Assembly: GCF_040219495.1 (NCBI RefSeq)
Contig: NZ_JAVJSK010000020.1
Coordinates: forward strand, 21,293 to 85,292
Reading direction: 5' to 3'
From: Phaeodactylibacter sp.
GTDB taxonomy: Bacteria; Bacteroidota; Bacteroidia; Chitinophagales; Saprospiraceae
Length of the DNA stretch: 64,000 nt
The position numbers and the translations under genes are program-made. Below the pieces are notes generated by a model. That model saw only the letters and a program-made list of their open reading frames with translations. It had not been told where the DNA came from and ran no database searches. Positions within the stretch are counted from its first letter, which is position 1; every line of letters begins with the position of its first letter. Of the stretch, positions 27,145-36,400 are shown in pieces.

Positions 27145-29631
27145 TTACCCCAGCTTGCTGAGCAGGCCGCCCAGCAACTTCGCCGCATTTTTGACTACAT
27201 CAGAACCCTCTACCGGGATTTTCAGATACGACTGCCCGGTTTGTTCGTCCTTTTCTACAATTTCATCCACAAGTGCCTGAGTCGCCCGCTCATCAGCAAG
27301 CGTTTCTGAAAGCCGACCCAGAAAGCTTAGCCCCTCTGACAACAGCCCTGCTCCGGAGGAGGACTGAGGCTGCCTTGCCTGTGCAGGCGATCCCTGACTG
27401 GGCTTGGGCGTTGGTTCCGGTGTTGGTTCTTCATCTTCCCACCAGGCTTCGAGTGTAGCTTCGGAGGGCTCTACCGTTTCACTTCCGCGGTTGGCAGACA
27501 CCTTCTCCAGGTCTTCGTCACTGCTGGCTTCCGCTGGTTCGTGATCAGGCATTTTTGCGGTTTTCACGCGTTCCAGCTCTTCCATAAAGTCCTTAAACTT
27601 GCGGTCACTCATGAAGACGCTATCCTGTGCCGTGTCCAGAACGGCTTCCGCCAATGACGACTTGAACTGCAGGGTCTGTAACATGCGGTGCTCTATGGTG
27701 CCTTCTGCGATGAGGTTGATGACTTGTACCTGCCGCTCCTGCCCAATGCGGAATACGCGCCCAATACGCTGCTCCAGCACTGCCGGGTTCCAGGGCAGGT
27801 CCAGGTTAATGACAAGCGCGGCTTTCTGCAAGTTGAGCCCTACGCCCCCCGCGTCTGTCGACAGGAACACCCGGCATTCGGGGTCTTCCCGAAAGCGGTC
27901 CAGCAATGCACCACGCTTACTGCCCGGAATGCTGCCGTGCAGATAGGCGAAGGGGATCTCGCGGGCTTCCAGCTCCTGAGCGACAAGGCGTGTCATGCGC
28001 TCCCATTGGCTAAACACCACCGCGCTTTCGCCTGCTTCTGCAAGGTGCTCCTCCAGAATGTAAAACAGCTCGTCGAGCTTGGTATCGTGACGGGTTTGCT
28101 GATCAATCAGGTAGGTACTGTTGCAGGACATGCGCATGAGATTGAGGCAGCTCAGCAAACGCCTGCGGTCTTTTTCGGTGAGAAAGCCCATACGCTGCCA
28201 TTTAGCCACCAACTGTGCTACGTCAGCATCATAACTGTTGTGCATTTCCATCTGCCGGGGCGTCATCGGCACCAATAGCTGCTGATCCCGCCGCGGAGGC
28301 AACTGCTTGAGTACTTCCCGCTTTCGGCGTCGGATCATCACCTTATTCAATTTGTTGTAGATAGCATCCAGGTTACGGTAGCCCCGCACGATGCCGTTTT
28401 CGTCTTTCACCTGATGCCGGTAAAGCAATAAATAAAGTGGCCCCATCAGGTATTGGTCCAGAAACTGAACAATAGAATAAAGGTCTTCCAACTTATTTTC
28501 CAGAGGGGTGCCGGTGAGTGCGATCCGGTAGGGTGCTTCCAACCGCTTTACTGCCCGGGCAATTTTTGTGTCCCAGTTTTTGATCCGCTGGGCTTCGTCA
28601 ATGACTAATAAATCCGGATTTGCGGCATTCAGATGAGGGTAATCCCTGGCCACCACATTATAGGTCAGTATTTTATAGACCGGCTCAAAGTCGTCATACT
28701 GCGCTCTGCGTTTGTGGGCAGGCCCTTCCACCACGTGTGCCTGCTGTCCGGTAAACCGTTCGATTTCAGAACGCCACTGATACTTGAGCGAAGTAGGACA
28801 AATGATAAAAACACTGCTGATGCCCATCTCGCGCCGGTAAAGCTCTGCAGCGGCTATCGCCTGAATGGTTTTGCCCAGGCCCATCTCATCAGCAATAAGG
28901 CAACGACCGGCTCTGAAGGCAAACAGGATGCCTTCCTCCTGATAAGGATATAGGGTAGTTTGGACCAGGCCGTCGAGTCCACCGGGCGCTTTCGCTAATG
29001 TTGCAGCCCTGCCGCTCCGCTGTGTATCAGCCCGCTTTTGAATAACGAAATCCAGCACATCCGGATAGCAACGAAAAGCCGGAGCAAGTCCCCGGGCTTT
29101 TTCTAAAAACTGGTCAAAATCCGGATAGGCATACTCATAGAGCACCCCAGCCTCATCAAAGTAGTCTTGGGCCAGTTTTTGCAGCGCTTCCGCTTCCTCT
29201 CCTCCGAGGCGCAGGCGCAAACGCCGCTCTTCCCCATACTCCAGATAAACAGAACTGTAATTGCGGGCTGGCGGTGGCTTACGAAAGTGCTGCTTATTGC
29301 CATGGGTATTGTATAGCTTGTGAAGTGCCCATTCGATATGCTTGCAGGTGCCTAGCGCATTAGTTTTAAAATCCATGCATTCACAAAAGTTCCCCCCGGG
29401 CTCCTGCCCTCTGAGCGCTACCCGGTAGTGGCTGTTCCGCTCTGGATTGATCACCGTGAAATCGGACCAGACCGGGTGCTCACCTTCGTTGACCAACTGA
29501 AAAGCCTGCTCTTTGCCATATTGCTTTCTAAGGTTGACCTGCCAGTCCCGGAGGGTCATTTCTTCCGGCTGCCGGTAGTAGCTTACCTTTTTGGGCTTCT
29601 TCTGCTTCTTTTCTGCTTTCTTTTTAGCCAT
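27145..29631 (-). CDS. SNF2-family helicase with N-terminal SWIM zinc finger
   Basis: SWIM motif CECMDFKTNALGTCKHIEW. SNF2 motifs ADEMGLGKTIQAIA, DEAQRIKN, LTGTPLEN, STDAGGVGLNLQ and QRIGRVFRIGQ, plus an acidic low-complexity C-terminal tail. Its stop is 11 nt upstream of the jetA start. Confidence 0.9.
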   Translation of the reverse strand: MAKKKAEKKQKKPKKVSYYRQPEEMTLRDWQVNLRKQYGKEQAFQLVNEGEHPVWSDFTVINPERNSHYRVALRGQEPGGNFCECMDFKTNALGTCKHIEWALHKLYNTHGNKQHFRKPPPARNYSSVYLEYGEERRLRLRLGGEEAEALQKLAQDYFDEAGVLYEYAYPDFDQFLEKARGLAPAFRCYPDVLDFVIQKRADTQRSGRAATLAKAPGGLDGLVQTTLYPYQEEGILFAFRAGRCLIADEMGLGKTIQAIAAAELYRREMGISSVFIICPTSLKYQWRSEIERFTGQQAHVVEGPAHKRRAQYDDFEPVYKILTYNVVARDYPHLNAANPDLLVIDEAQRIKNWDTKIARAVKRLEAPYRIALTGTPLENKLEDLYSIVQFLDQYLMGPLYLLLYRHQVKDENGIVRGYRNLDAIYNKLNKVMIRRRKREVLKQLPPRRDQQLLVPMTPRQMEMHNSYDADVAQLVAKWQRMGFLTEKDRRRLLSCLNLMRMSCNSTYLIDQQTRHDTKLDELFYILEEHLAEAGESAVVFSQWERMTRLVAQELEAREIPFAYLHGSIPGSKRGALLDRFREDPECRVFLSTDAGGVGLNLQKAALVINLDLPWNPAVLEQRIGRVFRIGQERQVQVINLIAEGTIEHRMLQTLQFKSSLAEAVLDTAQDSVFMSDRKFKDFMEELERVKTAKMPDHEPAEASSDEDLEKVSANRGSETVEPSEATLEAWWEDEEPTPEPTPKPSQGSPAQARQPQSSSGAGLLSEGLSFLGRLSETLADERATQALVDEIVEKDEQTGQSYLKIPVEGSDVVKNAAKLLGGLLSKLG

Positions 29632-29719
29632 TGATTTTCTAATCTTCTATTCTGTGTTTATGTAGTTATCCTGACCTGGAGGACTATAGCGGCCTGCCAG
29701 CTGCACTAAAAAAAACGAC

Positions 29720-30136
29720 CTACATCCAAAGCACCGTAATCGCCTTCTGCTCATACTCCTGCTCCTCTCGCCGAATGCGTTCCTCCCAAGGCTGCTCAAT
29801 GGATGTAGGGCTTGGCCTCAAAGATCATGAGATAGCCGTGCTGTTGACCCAGCTTGTCCATGTAGCGGCCGAGTTGGCGCAGACCATCGGACAAGGTATA
29901 GCTATCGTAGCGAATTTTCAACTCAATGGGGACCAGCTGGCCTTTCCAAAAAACAGCCAGGTCTGTGCGGTCATTGCCAGTGGCCATTTCCCGCTCAATC
30001 CGGCCACCGCCGTTCACTACCCTTTGCAGGAAGGTCAGAAGCAGCCGGTTAACCCATCAAATAGCCCCCGAAAAGGATCCACCATATAGTGCTTCCGGGG
30101 ATCACACAAGCCCGCTGTGTTGAAAAATCGCTTCAT
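29720..30136 (-). pseudogene. Decayed AAA-ATPase/PD-(D/E)XK (PDDEXK_9-type) gene: N-terminal 33 codons joined to the C-terminal nuclease part, plus a frameshift
   Basis: Minus strand reads MKRFFNTAGLCDPRKHYMVDPF..stop. In another frame it reads LLLTFLQRVVNGGGRIEREMATGNDRTDL..VPIELK...YLMIFEAKP. After a further frameshift it reads EQPWEERIRREEQEYEQKAITVLWM-stop. The whole P-loop region is missing. Confidence 0.7.
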
Positions 30137-30451
30137 AAATGTAAAGTTAAGTAATCTCCAGTAGCCCTGCATATTTGAACAGCAGCTAAGTGGTTACCCT
30201 CGCCACAGCTCATTTTCGTCGGAATTCTGTACAGCTTCGACGAGGAAAATGGAAGAATCAGTGAATTTTAACACATTTTAAGATCGTATTCAGAATAACA
30301 GGGTAAGAAAGTACCCATTCCTGAAATGATATACTGAGGATTAGCCAACCGAGCAACGCTCCGCGCTAGCGCCTCCCCGACACAACATCAACAAATTACT
30401 GTATAACCCTTGCTTGCTGTGCCCCCGCTGCAAGCTTAAAAACCTTTGCCA

Positions 30452-31120
30452 ATGCAAGACCTTCTGAATGCTGCAATAGCGGGCGTCAACCTGCCCTTCA
30501 CTTTGCTGCTAGGCCTCGTCATCCTGTACTGGCTGTCGGTCATACTCGGGGCAGTAGACCTCAGCGCTTTCGACTTTGATGTCGATGCGGAGGTTGATCT
30601 TGATGTAGACGCCGATATCGATACCGATGTAGACGCAGGCGGTATGAGCGGCTGGTTCGCCGGGGCCTTGCATTTTTTCAACTTCGGGCGTGTGCCCTTT
30701 ATGCTGGTCCTCACCGCGACGGTGCTTACTGCCTGGGTACTCGCCATTTTGGGCAACCACTATCTGGGGCATTACAGCCCTGCCTACGCGCTGGCCACTG
30801 CCGTCCCCATCTTGTTCATTGGGCTACTGGTGTCCAAAGTGGTTACAACGCCATTTGTGCCGATCTTTGAGCAAATCAGCAAGGAAGCACAACCCATGGA
30901 CTACATCGGGCAAGCCTGTGAGCTGATCCTGCCGGCCAGCTTTACGCAAATGGGGCAGGCCCGGGTACAGGTAGAAGACGACGAGCTACTCATCTATGTC
31001 AAAACAGCAACGCCTGAACTGCAACTGCCAAGCGGGGCCAAGGGGGTGGTCTCCCGTACTGCCCCTGATGGCAGCCACTACCTCATACGGCCCTATCCGG
31101 AAGACGAACCCCTTCTGTAA
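30452..31120 (+). CDS. YqiJ/NfeD-like inner-membrane protein (DUF1449-type) with an acidic (DxD)n loop
   Basis: LHFFNFGRVPFMLVL matches remembered E. coli YqiJ LHYLNIGRLPALVVL. Has 3-4 TM helices and a C-terminal soluble beta-domain (YIGQACELI...QARVQVED). Loop sequence DFDVDAEVDLDVDADIDTDVDAGG. The ORF track starts at TTG 30446; the ATG is at 30452. Confidence 0.75.
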   Translation: MQDLLNAAIAGVNLPFTLLLGLVILYWLSVILGAVDLSAFDFDVDAEVDLDVDADIDTDVDAGGMSGWFAGALHFFNFGRVPFMLVLTATVLTAWVLAILGNHYLGHYSPAYALATAVPILFIGLLVSKVVTTPFVPIFEQISKEAQPMDYIGQACELILPASFTQMGQARVQVEDDELLIYVKTATPELQLPSGAKGVVSRTAPDGSHYLIRPYPEDEPLL

Positions 31121-31189
31121 TCACAACATACACGGCGCAGTACGCTGCTCCTGAACACATAAATTGACAAACCCTTAAATTCTCAATCC

Positions 31190-33313
31190 ATGATCTTACT
31201 CCAAAACCTGGCCGGCCCATTGGGCTGGACCGTACTGGGCATCAGCCTGTTGGTGGTCTTCGGCCTCATCGTCATGCTCATTAGCTGGTACAAGAAAGTG
31301 CCACAGGGCAAAGCCATCATCCGTACTGGCGTAGGCGGCACCAAAGTCGCCATCGAAAACGGCATCATTGTAGTGCCTGGTATTCAGATGCACGAAGTGA
31401 TGGACCTCTCCGTGCGCACCATCGAAATCAGCCGCATGAAGGAAGATGGCCTGATCTGCAAAGACAATATCCGCGCGGACACCAAAGTCGTTTTCTTTGT
31501 GCGTATCAATAAAGAAGTGGCTGACATCAAAAAGGTCGCACAGTCTATCGGCTGTGAGCGGGCCTCAGATACCGCCACCCTGCGGGAGCTGTTTGAAGCC
31601 AAATTCTCAGAAGCCATCAAAACGGTAGGTAAGCGCTTCGACTTTGTGGAGCTCTACGACAGCCGCGAGAAATTCAACTCTGAAATACAGAACGCCATCG
31701 GGCTCAACCTCAATGGCTACATCCTGGAGGATGCTTCCATCGACTACCTGGAGCAGACCGACATCAGCTACCTTAAGGAAAACAACATCCTCGATGCCGA
31801 GGGTATCAAAAAGATCACCGAGCTGACCGCACAGCAGAAGGTGAAAGCCAACTTCATCCGCCGTGAGGAGGAGAAGACCATCACCGAGCAGAATGCGGAA
31901 GCCAAGGAAGCTATACTGGAATACGAGCGCCAACTCATCGAGAAAGAAGAGCGGCAGAAGCGGGAAGTGGCCAACATCAGAGCCCGGGAAACCGCCGAAA
32001 TCGCCAAAATCAATGAAGAAGAGCGCCTGCGTTCCGAAATGGTCCGCATCAAAACGGAGGAGGAGCTTCAGGTCGCCGAAGAAAACCGTATGCGGCAGGT
32101 GATTGTCGCCCTGAAAAACAAGGAGCGGACCGAAGCCATCGAGCAGGAGCGCGTAGAGAAAGACCGTATGCTGGAGCGCACCGAGCGCGAGAAGATTGTC
32201 ACCCTGGCCGAAATCGAGAAGCAGCGCGCGGTGGAAGAAGAGAAGAAGAACATTCAGGACGTCATCCGCGACCGCATCATGGTGGAGAAGAAGGTGGTCG
32301 AGCAGGAAGAGATCATCAAAGACACCAAGGTACTGGCTGAGGCCGAGCGCTTGCGGCAGAAGGAAGTCATTCAGGCGCAGGCCAAAGGCGAAGCCACCGT
32401 GATTGAGCAGCAGAAGAATGCTGAAGCAGCTAAGCTCGCCGCCGAAATGCAGGCCGAGAAGCTCCTGATCGACGCCGAGGCGCAGAAAAATGCCGCTGAG
32501 AAGGAAGCCGAAGCCCGCAAGATTCAGGCCGAAGCAACTGCCGCCGAAGAAGCCACTATCGGATTGTCGGAAGCACAGGTGATCGAGGCCAAAGCAAAAG
32601 CCAGGGAGCTGGAAGGCAAACTGGAAGCCAGCGTGTTGGAGCGCAAAGCTCAGGCCGAAGCCATCGGCATTGAAGCTAAAGCCGAAGCACTGCGCAAGCA
32701 GGGCCGTGCCGAGGCCGAAGTAGCCGACGAGAAAGGACAGGCTGATGCCCGTGTGCTGGAGCTGAAGTTTGCTGCCGAAGCCAAGGGCATTGAGCAGAAA
32801 GCAAACGCTATGAAAGAGCTGGACGGTGTGGGCCGCGAGCACGAGGAGTTCAAGATCCGACTGGAAACCGACAAGGAGATTCAGCTGGCCAATATCAATG
32901 TCTCCAAGGATATCGCTAACGCACAGGCAGGCGTCCTCGGTGAGGCCATGAAGCACGCCAACATCGACATCGTAGGCGGTGAAATGCAGTTTGTCAACAG
33001 TATCCTCAACTCCGTACAGCGGGGCAAGAGTATCGACGGTTTGATCAACAACAGCAGCCACCTGAGCAACCTCAGCCAAAACCTGCTGCCAGCATCCGGC
33101 TCAAATGGTGATGGCCTGCTCTCCCAACTGGGCAGCCTCATCCGCCGTGCCGGCCTGACGATGGACGACATCAAGGACCTCACCCTCACCGCTCTGCTGC
33201 TGCGCCTCGGCGAGCAGTCCGGCAACGTGGAGGAGAAAAGCCTGCTCAAGCGCCTGACCACCAAAGTGGAGGAGTTGGGGCTGGGGGGGCTTAGTGCGGG
33301 GCAATTGCTCTAG
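31190..33313 (+). CDS. Flotillin-family SPFH/Band-7 protein (YqiK-like) with an extended E/A/K-rich coiled coil
   Basis: N-terminal TM, then an SPFH region (YKKVPQGKAIIRTGVGG...DLSVRTIEI...VFFVRINK). More than 400 aa of EA/EK-rich coiled coil follow. The gene order after the yqiJ-like gene mirrors E. coli yqiJK. Confidence 0.9.
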   Translation: MILLQNLAGPLGWTVLGISLLVVFGLIVMLISWYKKVPQGKAIIRTGVGGTKVAIENGIIVVPGIQMHEVMDLSVRTIEISRMKEDGLICKDNIRADTKVVFFVRINKEVADIKKVAQSIGCERASDTATLRELFEAKFSEAIKTVGKRFDFVELYDSREKFNSEIQNAIGLNLNGYILEDASIDYLEQTDISYLKENNILDAEGIKKITELTAQQKVKANFIRREEEKTITEQNAEAKEAILEYERQLIEKEERQKREVANIRARETAEIAKINEEERLRSEMVRIKTEEELQVAEENRMRQVIVALKNKERTEAIEQERVEKDRMLERTEREKIVTLAEIEKQRAVEEEKKNIQDVIRDRIMVEKKVVEQEEIIKDTKVLAEAERLRQKEVIQAQAKGEATVIEQQKNAEAAKLAAEMQAEKLLIDAEAQKNAAEKEAEARKIQAEATAAEEATIGLSEAQVIEAKAKARELEGKLEASVLERKAQAEAIGIEAKAEALRKQGRAEAEVADEKGQADARVLELKFAAEAKGIEQKANAMKELDGVGREHEEFKIRLETDKEIQLANINVSKDIANAQAGVLGEAMKHANIDIVGGEMQFVNSILNSVQRGKSIDGLINNSSHLSNLSQNLLPASGSNGDGLLSQLGSLIRRAGLTMDDIKDLTLTALLLRLGEQSGNVEEKSLLKRLTTKVEELGLGGLSAGQLL

Positions 33314-33321
33314 AGTAGGCC

Positions 33322-33458
33322 GGGGGAGGTTGAGGTTGAGGATAAGGTTGAGGCATACACGGCATGTTCTCCAGCCGCGGCAGCTAGCTGCCGTGCCAGG
33401 CGTACACGTCACCGCTCGCCTCAACCTCAACCTCAGCCTTAACCTCAGCCTCATCCCC
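33322..33458 (+). promoter_or_regulatory. Nested cruciform/stem-loop in the flotillin-AAA+ intergenic region, with arms built from GAGGTT/AACCTC hexamer repeats
   Basis: 33326..33354 pairs with 33418..33446: about 29 positions with 2 mismatches and 2 G-U by manual pairing. The loop contains the perfect palindrome cggcagct/agctgccg (33378..33393). No T-tract follows. Confidence 0.7.
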
Positions 33459-33492
33459 AAGTCCCATTCCAAACCAACAAAACCTCAAAGCA

Positions 33493-36400
33493 ATGACGCA
33501 AACCACCACCTACGATATCATCCGCAACCGCCTGCAGCAGCAAGCCGACGAGCTGCGCAACCGGCTACAGCAGCTCAATACCGCCCGTAAGGACGTCTTC
33601 GGCGCGGTGGAGAGCGCACTGATTGCCAACGACCGCATCACGACCGGCAATTACTGTACGGCGCGCGATATCGTGGCGGTAGGCGAGCACTGCATCCTGG
33701 GCTACAACGTACACCTCGGGCTACGTAGCGGTATCGCACTGCCGGATGTATTTAGCGTGTACCGTTTTACCGGTAAGGGTTTTGAAGCACAGGACTTTTC
33801 TCTCCTCCAAAACGAGGGCTTCCAAACCGACTTCCTGAACCTGTACCGCTACTATAAAGAGGCCTGCTTCGCCCGCTTTGCACAGCGGGGCCGCTACCTC
33901 TACATGGTCTTCCAACTCAAGCCGGGCAGCCCTGACTTCAAAGCCTTCAAGTGGTTGCGCACGGACGATGGCCTGCAGTATGTGGACAACCGCTCCGATC
34001 AGGAGGTGCGCTTCCCTAACCAATACGAATTCCGCTGGCAGCAGGCCGGCCGGGATGAGCAGCGCCACGGACGGCACCCGCATGTCTCTATCCTCGACCG
34101 TGTCTTTGTGGAGACGACCGGAGGCGACCTGACCATCAAGGTAGAGGACAATACCGATGATGGCCGCGGCATCTATCAGGAGGCCGTGGAGTACAAAGAC
34201 CAAACCCTGGATGATGCGGAATTTGCCTACGCCGATCTGGGCCATCTTATCGCCTTGCGCATCAAGCCTTATCAGGAAGACTACCGCTACTTCGTCTTCA
34301 ACGAGAAGATGCAGACCGTAGAGCGCGTAGCTGCCCTGGCGGACTCCGGCGTGCTGCTCCCCGATCAGCAGGGCCTCATCTTTGCCAATGGCTACTACCT
34401 GCAAACGGGGGAGTACAAGCTTTTCGACCACTCTCCGACCGGGCTGCTGTTCAAAAAGCGGGTTGCTTCGCCCAATGGGGAGGACTTCCTGTTTGTATTC
34501 TACGGAGCGGACAGCGGCACCTACCTGCTGCTGCACTACAACATCATCAGTCAGGAAGTCGCTACGCCCATTCTCTGCCAGGGCTTCACCTTGTTCCCGA
34601 ACGGGGAGCTGGTCTATTTCAAAGCCGAGGAAGAGCCCACCAAGCACCACGTGCTGCAGATTTGGCAAACGCCCTTTCTGGAAGGTGAGGCCATCCCTTC
34701 CGGGCATACCGACGCCTACCTGTACAAAGTAGGCAACAAAGACATCGTGCGCGCCATGGCCGAGTGCCAGGAGGTCCTCACTCTCACGGGAAAAGAAGAC
34801 GCCTACGCCAACCTCTACGATGAGCTGGTAAAGCGCACCACCGATGTGCTCGACCGCTACTACTGGATCGATCAGCCTGATGCCTTTCAGATTGACGAAC
34901 CCTTAAAAACACTACGGCAGACCGCCAACACCGCCATCGAAGAGTATGAGAAAAAACGGAGCGCCGAGCGCCGCGACAAAGCCGAAATGGAGCGCGTAGC
35001 TCAAGCCTCCCAAGCCCGCTTCGACAACATCCGCCGTGCCTCCTTTGATAGCATTGAGGACTTTGTGGACAATCTGGGCGGGCTACGGGCACTGCGGGGG
35101 GAAATCGCCGGAATGCGTGAACTACGGTATGCCGACCTGGAGCAGGTCGACGCTTTAGAAGAGCAAGCCCAAAAAGCACAGTCGCAACTGGCAGAAGACT
35201 GTATAACCTTCTTGTTGGAAGACAATGCGCTACAGCCTTATCGCAAGCAGATTGAGGCCGAAGCAGCGCATATTCCACAGTTGGAAACGGCCCGGCAGGC
35301 CGAAGAACTCGAGGCCGTCTTTGATAAGATCGGGCAAGCGCTGGAATTGCTCATCGAGATCGTCAGCAACCTCAAAATCGAAGACGCCACGCAGACCACC
35401 CGTATTATTGACGGCATCTCTGCCCTGTTTACTTTGCTCAATCAGCATAAAGCAGCGGTGAAGCAGCGCGGGAAGCAGTTCCGTACGCAGGAGTCCAAAG
35501 CCGAGTTCGATGCACAGCTCAAGCTGCTGGATCAGAGCATCATCAACTACCTCGACCTGGCCGATACGCCGGAGAAGTGCGACGACTACCTCACCAGGCT
35601 GATGGTACAGCTGGAAGAGCTGGAAGGGAAATTCGCGGAGGTCGATGCCTTTGTCACTGAGCTGTCCGTCAAGCGGGAAGAGGTCTACGCCGCCCTGGAG
35701 AGCCGCAAGAACAGCCTGGTGGAAGCGCGCAACAGCCGTACCGCTAATTTGGCGAAAGCCGCCGACCGCATCCTGGCCGGCATGCAAAAGCGCGCCGCTG
35801 CCTTTAAGGAGGAAGCCGAGGTCAACAGCTTCTTCGCTGCCGACCTGATGGTGGAAAAAGTACGCGGCCTCATCCGCCAACTGCAGGAGCTGGACGACAG
35901 CAACAAGGCCAATGCTGTGCAGACCCAACTGAAAACGCTGAAGGAAGATACCCTGCGCAGCCTGCGCGACCGTAAGGAGCTTTTCGAGGAGGGCGAGAAC
36001 ATCATCCGTCTCGGGCAGCACCGCTTCTCCGTAAATGTGCAGCCGCTGGAGCTGACTGTGGTGCAGGACGACGGGCAATTGCTGTACCACCTCACCGGCA
36101 CCAACTTTTATGAGCCGATTGAGGACGAGGCGCTGTTGCACACCCAAGCCGTCTGGCAGCAAAGCCTGATTTCGGAAAACCCGGAGGTCTGCCGCAGCGA
36201 GTACCTGGCTTACCAATTGTACCGGGAGCATCCGGACTGGCCTGTTAAAACAGAGGCACTGCTACCGCTCGTAACTAAGGCCGCCGGGCAGCGCTACGCC
36301 GAGGGCTACACCAAGGGCATTCACGATGCTGATGCTACGATTATGCTTTCTACTCTGCTGGAAATGAGTCAGGGTATTGGACTGCTGCGCTTTCCGCCTA

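Noticed and set aside
31607-33079. 490-aa minus-strand ORF, plus several shorter ones, inside the flotillin gene
   Set aside because: It is an antisense shadow of the E/A/K-rich coiled-coil coding region. Its translation is low-complexity (L/F/G-rich) and it is fully contained in a gene with clear SPFH homology.
33322-33458. Possible CRISPR array or minisatellite
   Set aside because: The repeat unit is only 6 nt, is arranged as inverted arms, has no spacers, and there are no cas genes in the window.
33101-33590. ORFs encoding RLRLRLRL and LNLNLSLNLSL stretches
   Set aside because: They are translations of the GAGGTT/AACCTC hexamer-repeat arms in the intergenic cruciform, not plausible proteins.
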